IMG/VR virus record: IMGVR_UViG_3300043410_001642
Span: 41,120-105,119 of that record
DNA length: 64,000 nucleotides
Strand: one strand, 5' to 3'
From: a virus
Taxonomy: Duplodnaviria; Heunggongvirae; Uroviricota; Caudoviricetes
Below, piece by piece: positions 40,567-50,303 of the stretch (the first letter of the stretch is position 1; each line of letters begins with the position of its first letter). Below the pieces are notes generated by a model. It did no database searches. It worked only from the letters and a program-made list of their open reading frames with translations, and was not told the DNA's origin. The position numbers and the translations under genes are program-made.

Positions 40567-41777
40567 AAAATTTAGTTTTTTATAGATACTTTTCTAATCA
40601 TAAAAGAGAAGTTGAGTTTGAAGATTTTAATATAGATTCGGAATACTTTGCTGAAAGGGAATTATTCTCATTAAGAAAGAATTATTTTTTCACAACACTA
40701 AGTGATTACAATATTGTTACAAACGAATCTGATGTAAATGGATTAAATGATTTCACTCTATTGATTGGGTTTGACCCTTCATTCAAAGAAATGTTTGAAT
40801 TGATTGAGAGAGAAGATTTTAATAACATAATAGACCAGAATATATCAAAGATAAAAAAGATTATATTTTGGGAAATGGATACAGGATGGACAAACTATTC
40901 TTACAATGAATATCAATCTTTATCAGTTCCATTTAAACAATGGTTCAGTGATAAGAACATAGAGATTGAAATATTCACAAATGCTATGTCATTTAAGTAT
41001 GATGAAGAAGTTAAGTATTGGCCTTCACATAACTCAATGGTAATAGAAAGATTAGTTAGAGAATTGGAAAAGGCTAACTATTATGATATGGAGTTTGATA
41101 GAACTAAATACTTCTATGCAACTTCCAATTCATTGAATGTAGATAGATTACACTTCTACAAATATATGCATGATAATAAGATTTGGGAAAAGAATAACAT
41201 TGCTTTATTCTCTACATTTAGAAATAGTGAGCATGATGGAGGATTCCCTTACTCATATGTTAGAGAGATAAGAGGTAATTGTGGATTGGATGATATTGGA
41301 GATGATTACATATTCTATCCAAAACCATTCAAAGATGAAAACTTTCAAACTATGAATTATTCGGTATTATCAAATATTCAGAAGTTAAGAGAATGTTATT
41401 TTGAAATGGTGTTTGAAACGATATACGAAGCAAATGAAAATATGATAATCCAAACATCGGAAAAGACATGGAAACCTTTGGCTCAAAAGATACCATTTAT
41501 TACATTCTCATATGGTGATGTATTGAAAGAGTTTAAGAAATTAGGATTTAAAACATTTGATTTCATATTTGATGAGAGTTATGACAATGAAAGAAATACT
41601 CATAAAAGATTGTATAAAGTATTAGAGCAAATCGGAAAGGTTTGTAATATGAGTTTAGATGAGTTAAAGGAATATGAAAGTGAAATAAAAGCGGTAACGG
41701 ATTACAATTTTAATAACTTAAAAGAGGTCTTTTCTCTATGGAGAAATAGACTAAGAGATGCAGTTTATTATGAGTAA
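40563..41777 (+). CDS. glycosyltransferase, GT10 (alpha-1,3-fucosyltransferase)-like
   Basis: FETIYEANENMIIQTSEKTWKPLAQKIPFITFSYG resembles FucT FENS...ITEKLWK...VPVV motif; paralog of 36021-37166. Confidence 0.5.
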   Translation: MKNLVFYRYFSNHKREVEFEDFNIDSEYFAERELFSLRKNYFFTTLSDYNIVTNESDVNGLNDFTLLIGFDPSFKEMFELIEREDFNNIIDQNISKIKKIIFWEMDTGWTNYSYNEYQSLSVPFKQWFSDKNIEIEIFTNAMSFKYDEEVKYWPSHNSMVIERLVRELEKANYYDMEFDRTKYFYATSNSLNVDRLHFYKYMHDNKIWEKNNIALFSTFRNSEHDGGFPYSYVREIRGNCGLDDIGDDYIFYPKPFKDENFQTMNYSVLSNIQKLRECYFEMVFETIYEANENMIIQTSEKTWKPLAQKIPFITFSYGDVLKEFKKLGFKTFDFIFDESYDNERNTHKRLYKVLEQIGKVCNMSLDELKEYESEIKAVTDYNFNNLKEVFSLWRNRLRDAVYYE

Positions 41778-42477
41778 GATGATTTTTTTAGGTGATAGTT
41801 TCACTTGGGGACAGGGTCTTTATTTCTATAAATGGAGAGATGAAGGTAGAAAATTTGAAGGTGAATTGGGTGGTATGTATGATTCTCATTCAAACTATGT
41901 AACTCCTGAAGATGTTATATATAAAGATAATCTATCATACACAGGATTGGTATCAAGTTATTACAATACATCTCAATTCAAACGAACAAGAAACGGAGGA
42001 AGTAATACTGATATAGTGTTGGATATGATTCCTATGATAGATAGAGAAAACAATGATATAGATAAATTGGTATTTCAATTTACTACTATATCAAGATACT
42101 TCTTCAGAGATTTGAATATGTCTCATATTGAAATTGTATATAAAGATGGAGAGAATAGGTATATTGATGATATTATTCAAGAAAGAGCTAGAAATTTCTT
42201 TAACTATATAGATGGGATATTAACATATTTTTCAAACCTGTATAAGTTTGAATATTGTTATTTAGATTGGTTGGGAGATTTTTATCAATTCAACCCCGAT
42301 AAGTTTGTAACATATAATGTAAATGAAAAGGAATATAAACATTTCCATCCGTTCTTAGAACAATATAAAATAGATATGTTTGTGGATAATAGAGCGATAA
42401 TAGATTTACATCTAAACAAAGAGGGGCAACAAATTTTATCAAGAGGAATAATAAATCATTTTAATGGCAAGGGATAA
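41758..42477 (+). CDS. SGNH/GDSL hydrolase-like protein
   Basis: Block I FLGDSFTWGQG. Confidence 0.5.
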   Translation: MQFIMSKMIFLGDSFTWGQGLYFYKWRDEGRKFEGELGGMYDSHSNYVTPEDVIYKDNLSYTGLVSSYYNTSQFKRTRNGGSNTDIVLDMIPMIDRENNDIDKLVFQFTTISRYFFRDLNMSHIEIVYKDGENRYIDDIIQERARNFFNYIDGILTYFSNLYKFEYCYLDWLGDFYQFNPDKFVTYNVNEKEYKHFHPFLEQYKIDMFVDNRAIIDLHLNKEGQQILSRGIINHFNGKG

Positions 42478-43261
42478 ATACATACTATTTTTAGGTGATA
42501 GTTTCACTTGGGGGCAGGGATTATATCTACCATCTTGGGTTGAAAGAAAACCAGAAGTTCTCCATCAGTTTTTAGAAACTCATAAAGGAAGTGCATATGA
42601 AATTGCTATGCAATGGGTTGAGCAAGAACCTCATTTTGATTTGGAAGATGCTAAAATAAAAGAAAAGTTATCCTTTACCGGAATAGTGGGGCATAGATTA
42701 GATAGAAAGGTTATTAAAAAGGCAAATAATGGAGGTTCTATAACTACAAATTTAGTTCAATTGAATAATAAAGTATTCCCATATTATATAAATGATGATA
42801 TGGAAATAGGGTATATTGATTTGTATGATAGATTCCTACCAAAAGATTGTATTATAGTTTTCCAATTTTCATCAGTAGGGAGAGAAGATTTTGATAATTT
42901 AACTGAAGAAGAAATGAATATGGTATTTGAAACATCTAAATCTTTCAAAGATATTATATATGATAGAATAAAAGGATTGTTTGACAAAGTTGATTCTAAA
43001 TTAATGGAAATTGAGAAAAAGTATGGATTCAAATATTATTATTTAGATTGGTTAGGAGATTTCTATGATTTTAAGCCAGAGAAATTCATAACTATAAATG
43101 GTCATCATTATTTCAATACGATGACTGCTACAAATTACATAAAAGTTCCATATAAGGATAAGTTTGTATGCGATGGACATATAAATGAATATGGTAATAT
43201 GATAATTGCTAAAAACATCTTAAAAAAAATAAATGAAGATAATTTGGATAATTCCAAATAA
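42464..43261 (+). CDS. SGNH/GDSL hydrolase-like protein
   Basis: Block I FLGDSFTWGQG; paralog of upstream gene (shared YYLDWLGDFY motif). Confidence 0.5.
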   Translation: MARDKYILFLGDSFTWGQGLYLPSWVERKPEVLHQFLETHKGSAYEIAMQWVEQEPHFDLEDAKIKEKLSFTGIVGHRLDRKVIKKANNGGSITTNLVQLNNKVFPYYINDDMEIGYIDLYDRFLPKDCIIVFQFSSVGREDFDNLTEEEMNMVFETSKSFKDIIYDRIKGLFDKVDSKLMEIEKKYGFKYYYLDWLGDFYDFKPEKFITINGHHYFNTMTATNYIKVPYKDKFVCDGHINEYGNMIIAKNILKKINEDNLDNSK

Positions 43262-43289
43262 TTTTGTATATTTGTAAAAACAATAAATC

Positions 43290-43586
43290 ATGATAGAGTT
43301 CATCAAAAAACATTACGGAAAAATTGGAATGAGTTTTGCATTAGTTATGTTGGTTATTAACTATTTTCAAAGACAAGAATTAGCAGAATTAAGAGCTAAA
43401 GTAAATACGGAAGTAGTTGTGGGCGGTGATATTCAAAAAGCGGAAGTAATTGATTCATTAGAAAATGAAGTATTCAATTTACAAACAATCAATGGTAGGT
43501 ATGAAATGGCTTTGGAAATCTTAAAAGAAGATGATAAGAAAGCTGCCGATAAATTTGAATTAATATTATCAACACAAACCGAATAG
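43290..43586 (+). CDS. hypothetical protein
   Basis: 98 aa, TM + coiled-coil. Confidence 0.35.
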   Translation: MIEFIKKHYGKIGMSFALVMLVINYFQRQELAELRAKVNTEVVVGGDIQKAEVIDSLENEVFNLQTINGRYEMALEILKEDDKKAADKFELILSTQTE

Positions 43587-43712
43587 AGTTATGAAAAACT
43601 TATTAGAAAAAATCGAATTATGGTTCGATATTCATGTTGTTTATTTTTTATTCAACGGAAATAAACAAAATCGTTATTATGATTATTTGAGAAAAAAGTG
43701 GGGAAATAAATT

Positions 43713-44204
43713 ATGAGAAAGGAAAAGATTTTTTTGTATTTGGATGATGTAAGAACTCCAACTGATGAAGGATGGCAAGTAGTTAGAAATTATGATGAGT
43801 TTGTAGCACATATTAGATTAAACGGAATAGAAAACTATGAAGTAATTTCTTTGGATCATGATTTAGGAGAAGCAGCAATGGTTGAGTATTATACTAATGT
43901 AAAACCAAACTATGAATTGGATTACAATAGAATAGACGAAAAGACTGGGTATGATTGTGCTAAGTTTTTAGTTGCAGAAGCAATGACTAAGAACATACCA
44001 CTACCTGCAATCTATGTTCATTCTGCTAATCCAATTGGTTCAGCTAATATGATGGGATATATTAACAACTATTATAGAAATCATAAAATGCCAGAAGTAT
44101 GCACAAAGGTAAATATTGAACATACTTATGCACCCGAAGTTGTATTAACACCGGAGGAAAGAAATGCTAGATGGAATATTATGAAAGATGCTCGTAAAAA
44201 GTAA
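43713..44204 (+). CDS. hypothetical protein
   Basis: 163-aa ORF. Confidence 0.4.
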   Translation: MRKEKIFLYLDDVRTPTDEGWQVVRNYDEFVAHIRLNGIENYEVISLDHDLGEAAMVEYYTNVKPNYELDYNRIDEKTGYDCAKFLVAEAMTKNIPLPAIYVHSANPIGSANMMGYINNYYRNHKMPEVCTKVNIEHTYAPEVVLTPEERNARWNIMKDARKK

Positions 44205-44207
44205 TCT

Positions 44208-44507
44208 ATGACAGAAAAGAAAAAAGAAGCAGAATTTCACATTGGAGATGGAAAACATTTAACTGTAAAAAGTTCAACAACTGCATTAATGAAAGACCAA
44301 TTGAAATTAATGATTGGTGATGGAAAGAGTATTACATTAGATGTAGAAATTAAAGCTGATTTTGAAAAAATACCAACTGAATATCATTACTTATTCATAC
44401 AAATGATGCAGGTTAGATATGGAAGTATAATAAACTTATGGGATAATACCCAACCATTTGCTAAACCAGATGTTAAGAAAAAGAAATGGTATCAGTTTTG
44501 GAAATAA
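44208..44507 (+). CDS. hypothetical protein
   Basis: 99-aa ORF. Confidence 0.4.
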   Translation: MTEKKKEAEFHIGDGKHLTVKSSTTALMKDQLKLMIGDGKSITLDVEIKADFEKIPTEYHYLFIQMMQVRYGSIINLWDNTQPFAKPDVKKKKWYQFWK

Positions 44508-44517
44508 AAAATAGTAT

Positions 44518-44769
44518 ATGGAATTTATATTAGCAGTATTGGTATTAACTATAATTTTTGGAATAGGTTATTTAGTTGGTGCTAAACAAGAAGGTAAAAA
44601 GATTGAAAAGCATTTCTACAATGCAAAAGCAAAAGAAATTTGCGAAGAAGTGGATTCAATAGTAGTTCAAACATTAGTTGAAATGGCTAAGCAAACACCT
44701 TCTAAAAAGAGAAAGAAAAAGACCGTCCAACAATGGGAAGAAGAAATTGATTTGGGTGGTAATGAATAA
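44518..44769 (+). CDS. hypothetical membrane protein
   Basis: 83 aa with N-terminal TM. Confidence 0.35.
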   Translation: MEFILAVLVLTIIFGIGYLVGAKQEGKKIEKHFYNAKAKEICEEVDSIVVQTLVEMAKQTPSKKRKKKTVQQWEEEIDLGGNE

Positions 44770-44805
44770 GAATTTTTATTAACAATTTAAACATGGAGAA
44801 AAACT

Positions 44806-45039
44806 ATGAAGTGTATTAAGTGTATCAAAGTAGCCAAAGGTTATGAATTAGATGAAATCCGTAGAGTTGATGATGTAGAAGCGGAAGAAAGAGTTAAAGG
44901 TGGATATTGGAAATTTGTTCCAAAATCAGAATGGAAAGCAACCAAATCTCCTGCTAAAAAAGTAGAAGATAAAGTTGAAGTAGATGTAGAAGTATCGGTA
45001 AAAGAACCGAAGGAAAAGAAAAAGAAAAAAGATAAATAG
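44806..45039 (+). CDS. hypothetical protein
   Basis: 77 aa, CxxC at N-terminus, Lys/Glu-rich. Confidence 0.35.
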   Translation: MKCIKCIKVAKGYELDEIRRVDDVEAEERVKGGYWKFVPKSEWKATKSPAKKVEDKVEVDVEVSVKEPKEKKKKKDK

Positions 45040-45069
45040 TAATATATTTATATCAAAATAAAATAGTAT

Positions 45070-45471
45070 ATGGCGTATTCAGATAAGGTATTAGACCATT
45101 ATAGTAATCCCAAAAATGTTGGAACTCTGGATAAGAGTAAAGATAATGTAGGAACTGGATTGGTAGGAGCACCTGAATGTGGAGATGTTATGAGGTTACA
45201 AATAGAAGTAAACGACGGTATAATAACCGATGCCAAATTCAAAACATTTGGTTGTGGTTCAGCTATCGCCGCTTCTTCTCTTGCAACCGAATGGTTAAAG
45301 GGTAAGAGTGTGGAGGAAGCCATCACAATTGATAATATGGATTTGGTAGAAGAACTAAACCTACCACCTGTTAAGATTCATTGTTCAGTATTAGCGGAAG
45401 ATGCTATAAAATCTGCTATTAATGATTATAGAATTAAAAACGGAATGGAGGAATTGGTTTTTGAAAACTAA
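45070..45471 (+). CDS. iscU: Fe-S cluster assembly scaffold IscU
   Basis: Near full-length match to IscU signature (MAYSDKVLDHYSNPKNVG...GAPECGDVMRLQI...FKTFGCGSAIASS...PPVKIHCSVLAEDAIKSAI); three conserved Cys and LPPVK motif. Confidence 0.85.
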   Translation: MAYSDKVLDHYSNPKNVGTLDKSKDNVGTGLVGAPECGDVMRLQIEVNDGIITDAKFKTFGCGSAIAASSLATEWLKGKSVEEAITIDNMDLVEELNLPPVKIHCSVLAEDAIKSAINDYRIKNGMEELVFEN

Positions 45472-45478
45472 ACCCTAA

Positions 45479-46114
45479 ATGAAAAAATTGTTAATGGTGG
45501 CTACCTTATTGTGTGTAATGGTAGTAGTAAAGGCACAAGATGTAGTTGAATTAAAACATATCAACTACACAACACACTTCAGTAAATCAAAGAAATATCC
45601 TGTAATGGTAGAGTGGTGGGAAACCAAAATAAAAATTGGTTGTGAAACACCATTACCTAGAAAGGATAACTTCAAACCAGACCCATTATTACCAAACGAA
45701 ACTAACATTGGTCAGGATTATGTAAATAGTGGATATGATAGAGGTCACTTAATGCCGGCAAAATCAAACCAATGCCAAACTACTGCGGTGCAAGATGAAT
45801 GTTTCTATTATTCTAATATGGCTGCACAAACACATAGATTAAATGCAGGTGATTGGAAATCATTAGAAACTTTAACACGAGAATTAGCAGTTAAAGAAGA
45901 TTCGGTTCATGTTTGGGCTGGTAATGTTGGTGAGATTAAAAAGATAGGTACAACATCAGTTCCAAAACAATGTTGGAAAGTTGTTCATATTAAGAAAACA
46001 AATGAGTGGATGTTCTTCTTATTTGAAAATGATTTATCAGCACCGGATGGTATTAATAACAATAAGGTGTTAAGAGAAGATATAGAAAAATTAACAGGTT
46101 TTAAATTTAATTAA
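45479..46114 (+). CDS. secreted DNA/RNA non-specific endonuclease (Serratia NucA / EndoG family)
   Basis: Signal peptide; active-site motif GYDRGHLMPA. Confidence 0.7.
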   Translation: MKKLLMVATLLCVMVVVKAQDVVELKHINYTTHFSKSKKYPVMVEWWETKIKIGCETPLPRKDNFKPDPLLPNETNIGQDYVNSGYDRGHLMPAKSNQCQTTAVQDECFYYSNMAAQTHRLNAGDWKSLETLTRELAVKEDSVHVWAGNVGEIKKIGTTSVPKQCWKVVHIKKTNEWMFFLFENDLSAPDGINNNKVLREDIEKLTGFKFN

Positions 46115-46115
46115 A

Positions 46116-46439
46116 ATGATTACCGTCACTGAAACGGCTAGTAAAAAAATACAAACTCTTGTAGAAGAAAGTGGTTATACTACTCCTTATTTAAGAGTTG
46201 CAGTTAAAGGAGGAGGTTGTAGTGGATTATCATACGACCTCTCCTTTGATACTGATATGAAACCATCTGATATGTTATTTGAAGACAAAGATGTAAAAGT
46301 ATTAGTAGATAATAAATCCCTTCTTTATTTATTTGGAACTGAATTAGATTATTCTGATGGCTTAAATGGTAAAGGATTTGAGTTTAAGAATCCAAATGCA
46401 TCCCGAACTTGTGGATGTGGAGAAAGCTTTGCGGTATAA
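46116..46439 (+). CDS. iscA: Fe-S cluster A-type carrier (IscA/ErpA/HesB family)
   Basis: ITVTETASKKI...VKGGGCSGLSYDL...C-terminal TCGCGESF, the three conserved Cys of A-type carriers. Confidence 0.8.
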   Translation: MITVTETASKKIQTLVEESGYTTPYLRVAVKGGGCSGLSYDLSFDTDMKPSDMLFEDKDVKVLVDNKSLLYLFGTELDYSDGLNGKGFEFKNPNASRTCGCGESFAV

Positions 46440-47305
46440 TGAAACAATTTGACACAATTTATATAAACGGAAGTAGTTTAAGTTGTGGAGGTGGATTGGA
46501 ACCTGATTCTCCACCATACAAACATTATGTTTATACTGAAAATATTAAACAATGGTCTAATAGTAAAAGTGTATCATATGGTAATGTATTGGGTGATATG
46601 TTAGGAAAAGAAGTTATCAATGAATCCAAACAGGGCGGAGGATTAGATAGACTTATCAGAAAAACATATGATTTTATATTAAACACTCCAATTGATAAAT
46701 TAGAAAAAATATTATTTCTTTTTGATATACCCCTACAACCTACTAGAATAGAAATATATTCTAATCAATATGAAGATTATTTAGTGTGTTCAGTTGCATT
46801 AGATTCTAATGGTAATCAATCGACCGTTGAGGTTAGAAGTGAAGGGAAATGGTGGGATTCTAAATTATCAATATCAAGAGGGTTTTTCAGACCAGAATTG
46901 AGAATACCTTATGTTGAGTATGTAAAACACGATAAGATATTAAATGATTACATAACTGGATACTACAATAAAGAAATAGAAATAAGAAGAATGATGAGAG
47001 AACTTACAATGTTCTATTCATTTATGGATTCATTTAAGTTGAATTATGTTAGAGATAGCACTGATAATTTGTTTGCAGCATCTTCTAATATAAATGATGA
47101 GAAACTAAAAATGGATTACTTAAAAAGAATGGAAGAGCATGCAAGTTTTAATCCTAATGTAATAGATTGTCAATCTATATGGGGATTATCCCAAAAAATG
47201 AAATGGACTATTGCCGATGAAACTCCTATAAATGATGCTCACTTAGGATATTATGGAAATAAAAAATACGCCGAATATCTCTTTGAAAAAATTAAATATT
47301 TATAG
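46439..47305 (+). CDS. hypothetical protein (distant SGNH-like paralog?)
   Basis: ATG at 46439 (MKQFDTIYINGSSLSCGGG) preferred over track TTG 46409; ATGA... overlap with iscA stop. Confidence 0.4.
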   Translation: MKQFDTIYINGSSLSCGGGLEPDSPPYKHYVYTENIKQWSNSKSVSYGNVLGDMLGKEVINESKQGGGLDRLIRKTYDFILNTPIDKLEKILFLFDIPLQPTRIEIYSNQYEDYLVCSVALDSNGNQSTVEVRSEGKWWDSKLSISRGFFRPELRIPYVEYVKHDKILNDYITGYYNKEIEIRRMMRELTMFYSFMDSFKLNYVRDSTDNLFAASSNINDEKLKMDYLKRMEEHASFNPNVIDCQSIWGLSQKMKWTIADETPINDAHLGYYGNKKYAEYLFEKIKYL

Positions 47306-47322
47306 AATATAATTCTATAAAA

Positions 47323-47427
47323 ATGGCACTAACAAAAAGAGAAAAAGTAAATGCAAATCGTAAAAAGATTGCAAAAAAGACTCGTAAAGAGCAGCAAAGA
47401 GCGGGTATCTTTAAGAAAAAAACTTAA
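47323..47427 (+). CDS. small basic protein (34 aa)
   Basis: MALTKREKVNANRKKIAKKTRKEQQRAG...; followed by strong terminator; not in track. Confidence 0.3.
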   Translation: MALTKREKVNANRKKIAKKTRKEQQRAGIFKKKT

Positions 47428-47446
47428 CCCCTTGCATCCCAACTAA

Positions 47447-47472
47447 CCCTCTACAAAATAGAGGGTTTTTTA
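47447..47472 (+). terminator. rho-independent terminator
   Basis: CCCTCTA-CAAAA-TAGAGGG + TTTTTTATTT. Confidence 0.7.
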
Positions 47473-47518
47473 TTTGGAAATGTCACAAATTTTTACTATA
47501 TTTGTTAAAAATGATTTT

Positions 47519-48028
47519 ATGGCAAAATTTATACCTACAATTGATGAATCTGGTAATACAACTTATTTTACGGATCAGGTTCGTAAAAGAGGATTGGAAC
47601 TAGAAGATAGAGTTGATTCTTATTTAAAATCCATGCATATTCAATATAAAAGAAATCGCCAAAATGGTATAGATTTTGTTATAGAAGGTCATATGTATAT
47701 GGATTGTGTGGCACAAGGAGTAGCGGGTAGCATAGGTGATAAATTGCCAACTAAATGTTTTAAATATATTAAACGATATTCGTTAAAACAAATTTATATA
47801 TTACATCCATATTGTCCAATTAGTCAAACAGTAGCAGAACATTTAGAACATCTTGAAAAAACATTAGATTGTGTAATTCATATATTAGATTGGGCTGATT
47901 TTACATATCTAATGAATGGTGGTAAATTTGAAAAACGAAAGGCATATAATCCTGTTAGAGATAATGTTAGTGTCATAAACTCTAAAACAAATACTATTAA
48001 ATTAAATAAATTTTTTAAGTTCAAATAG
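47519..48028 (+). CDS. hypothetical protein
   Basis: Track ORF 47474-48028 begins inside the terminator T-tract; internal ATG (MAKFIP) preferred. Confidence 0.4.
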   Translation: MAKFIPTIDESGNTTYFTDQVRKRGLELEDRVDSYLKSMHIQYKRNRQNGIDFVIEGHMYMDCVAQGVAGSIGDKLPTKCFKYIKRYSLKQIYILHPYCPISQTVAEHLEHLEKTLDCVIHILDWADFTYLMNGGKFEKRKAYNPVRDNVSVINSKTNTIKLNKFFKFK

Positions 48029-48031
48029 AAT

Positions 48032-48289
48032 ATGGCTAAGCAAGAACCCTCTATGAAGGATAAACCTAGAAAATTCCAACATGTCTATAAAGATGCGGAT
48101 GGAACGGAAGCGGTATGGAAATACGATTTAGACAAGTTTCCTAACGGCCCAATATCAGTTGAAATAAAATACCCACCTTACTATGAAAAGGCTCTTAAAA
48201 AGCAACAAAAGGAGGCCAAATTGGAAAGGAGCAAATCAACATTAGAATTGGCTAAAGAAGGTAAATTAAAAGAAAGAAAGTTTTGGTAA
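48032..48289 (+). CDS. hypothetical protein
   Basis: 85-aa charged ORF. Confidence 0.4.
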   Translation: MAKQEPSMKDKPRKFQHVYKDADGTEAVWKYDLDKFPNGPISVEIKYPPYYEKALKKQQKEAKLERSKSTLELAKEGKLKERKFW

Positions 48290-48328
48290 TATCAAATATT
48301 TTTCGTATCTTTACCAAAATATAATAAT

Positions 48329-48466
48329 ATGAAATTCTATTTAATCGGATTATTGTTAAGTTTTGTGATAATAGCGTATGAAATATACACTGCACCATTA
48401 ATGGATGAGAATGGTAGAATTATTAAAGAAGGTAAAAAGTTAAAAGATTTATTCAAACGAAAATAA
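48329..48466 (+). CDS. small membrane protein (45 aa)
   Basis: MKFYLIGLLLSFVIIAYEIY...; TAATG overlap with next gene; not in track. Confidence 0.3.
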   Translation: MKFYLIGLLLSFVIIAYEIYTAPLMDENGRIIKEGKKLKDLFKRK

Positions 48467-49101
48467 TGAAAGTAGAAATTAAAGATACATTCTTTGAGAG
48501 TGTAGAGAAATTAATTTGGTATGATACTAAACTATGGAAAGTATGGGAATTTATTAGAAGAGGTATTCCAACATTTTTTGGAAACATTTGGCGTTTCCGT
48601 AAAGAGTTATATTCACATCAATGGTGGGATTATCGTTTCACATTAGAAATGTTATATCGTTCTATTTCTATTATGGAAAAGGGGATAAGTGAAAGAGGTA
48701 TTGAAGTAGATGGTTCTCGTGGTAAGAAAGTAGAGGCAATGAGGAGAGTATTGGAATTGCTGAAACATAAATTAGATGATGATTATATTGAAAGAGCTGA
48801 AGAGAAATTTGGATCACTGAATTTAAGAGAGTGGGAATTTGAAGCAATTGAAGGAAGTGATGGATATAGATTAGTTGATAATGATACTCCACAAGAAAAG
48901 GCACATCATAGAAAAATATTCAACTATGCTAAAAGATTAGAAGATAAAGAGTGGAGAGAAATTTGGGGAATAATAAAAGGAAACCAAAATGATAGTGATT
49001 GGAAAAAAATAATTAAATCTCTTACACCTGAAGAAAGGTATTCACATGATGTTTATACTAAATGGTTTAATGGTTCAGATATGAGAGGTTGGTGGGATTA
49101 A
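48466..49101 (+). CDS. hypothetical protein
   Basis: 211-aa ORF. Confidence 0.4.
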   Translation: MKVEIKDTFFESVEKLIWYDTKLWKVWEFIRRGIPTFFGNIWRFRKELYSHQWWDYRFTLEMLYRSISIMEKGISERGIEVDGSRGKKVEAMRRVLELLKHKLDDDYIERAEEKFGSLNLREWEFEAIEGSDGYRLVDNDTPQEKAHHRKIFNYAKRLEDKEWREIWGIIKGNQNDSDWKKIIKSLTPEERYSHDVYTKWFNGSDMRGWWD

Positions 49102-49102
49102 T

Positions 49103-49573
49103 ATGAAAAGAATAATAATACTATGGATATGTGTGTTATGGGCATATTTTGTAAATGCACAAACTGCTGAAAATGGATTCAATGATGTAATCACAACTGA
49201 TACTACATTGAATAACTTTATGACACATTGGATGCGAAAGCCATATAAATTGGGAGGAAGCACTGAAAGAGGTATTGATTGCTCACAATTCACAAAGAGA
49301 TTGTATATGGATGTATATAATAAACAATTGGCGAATGTAGCGTATAAACAATGGAATCAAACTGAAAGAGTTAAAAAGGATAGTTTGGTAGTTGGAGATT
49401 TAGTATTCTTCAGAAGCAAAGTATCACCATCGGGGTGGCATTGTGGATTGTATATTGGTAATACATATTTTATTCATGCCTCCAACAAAATTGAAGGTGT
49501 AAAGATTAGTAGTTTAAACGAACCCCGATATAAACGGGCATATAAAGGAGCAGGAAGATTAAAAGATAAATAA
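49103..49573 (+). CDS. secreted NlpC/P60-family cell-wall peptidase
   Basis: Signal peptide; catalytic Cys in GIDCSQFT and His in HCGLYIGNTYFIHAS. Confidence 0.6.
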   Translation: MKRIIILWICVLWAYFVNAQTAENGFNDVITTDTTLNNFMTHWMRKPYKLGGSTERGIDCSQFTKRLYMDVYNKQLANVAYKQWNQTERVKKDSLVVGDLVFFRSKVSPSGWHCGLYIGNTYFIHASNKIEGVKISSLNEPRYKRAYKGAGRLKDK

Positions 49574-49574
49574 A

Positions 49575-49751
49575 ATGGAATACATACCAGTTTTTTTAAT
49601 AATGGGTTTGGTGGTTGGAATAATATCATGGAGATGGGTAGTGGGTATTGATTATATGCAAAAGAATCATCCGGATTACAAAGCAGATGATTGGTTAAAT
49701 TGGAATAACGATAAGGAAGAAAACGATAACGATAAAACACAAATACTATAA
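49575..49751 (+). CDS. small membrane protein (58 aa)
   Basis: MEYIPVFLIMGLVVGIISW...; fills gap between flanking genes; not in track. Confidence 0.3.
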   Translation: MEYIPVFLIMGLVVGIISWRWVVGIDYMQKNHPDYKADDWLNWNNDKEENDNDKTQIL

Positions 49752-49752
49752 T

Positions 49753-50085
49753 ATGAAAAGAAACATTATTGTTGATTACATTGATTACTCATTAACGGAT
49801 GATAGAGTATTCGTTGAGAATGAAAAGGTAGCATACCAAATCAAAGATGCAACCGGTAGAGAATACTTTGCAATCGGCGAAATTGGAAATTTACAGGGTT
49901 CAATGGTTGAAAAGATTTGGTCTATTGAATCAGAAGAAGATTTAACCGATTCTATCTTTCCAGAAGGAGTAGAATATGATGATGAGTATTACAAATCAAA
50001 TTATCATCCAACTATTGAGGAAGAAGAAGCGGCTAGAAAATTATTTGAAGAATTAGAAAACACTGAACAAAATGGAGGAAACTAA
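49753..50085 (+). CDS. hypothetical acidic protein
   Basis: 110-aa ORF. Confidence 0.4.
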   Translation: MKRNIIVDYIDYSLTDDRVFVENEKVAYQIKDATGREYFAIGEIGNLQGSMVEKIWSIESEEDLTDSIFPEGVEYDDEYYKSNYHPTIEEEEAARKLFEELENTEQNGGN

Positions 50086-50254
50086 TTATTACCCACTTGA
50101 AGTGTTGCAAAAAGCAGAATCAGTATTGATGCAACGAATCCGTAAAATGAAGGATGGAGAACCTAAATATGCAGCATCTGAAAGATTGAGAGATATCAGA
50201 AATGTAATGAATGTTGTAAAGAAGCAATGTATTCCTGCACTATCCCAAAATTAA
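50072..50254 (+). CDS. hypothetical protein
   Basis: 60-aa ORF overlapping upstream stop. Confidence 0.35.
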   Translation: MEETNYYPLEVLQKAESVLMQRIRKMKDGEPKYAASERLRDIRNVMNVVKKQCIPALSQN

Positions 50255-50303
50255 CCTATAATAATTTTTCTAATATTTATATACTAAAAGATATAATTAA
50301 ATT

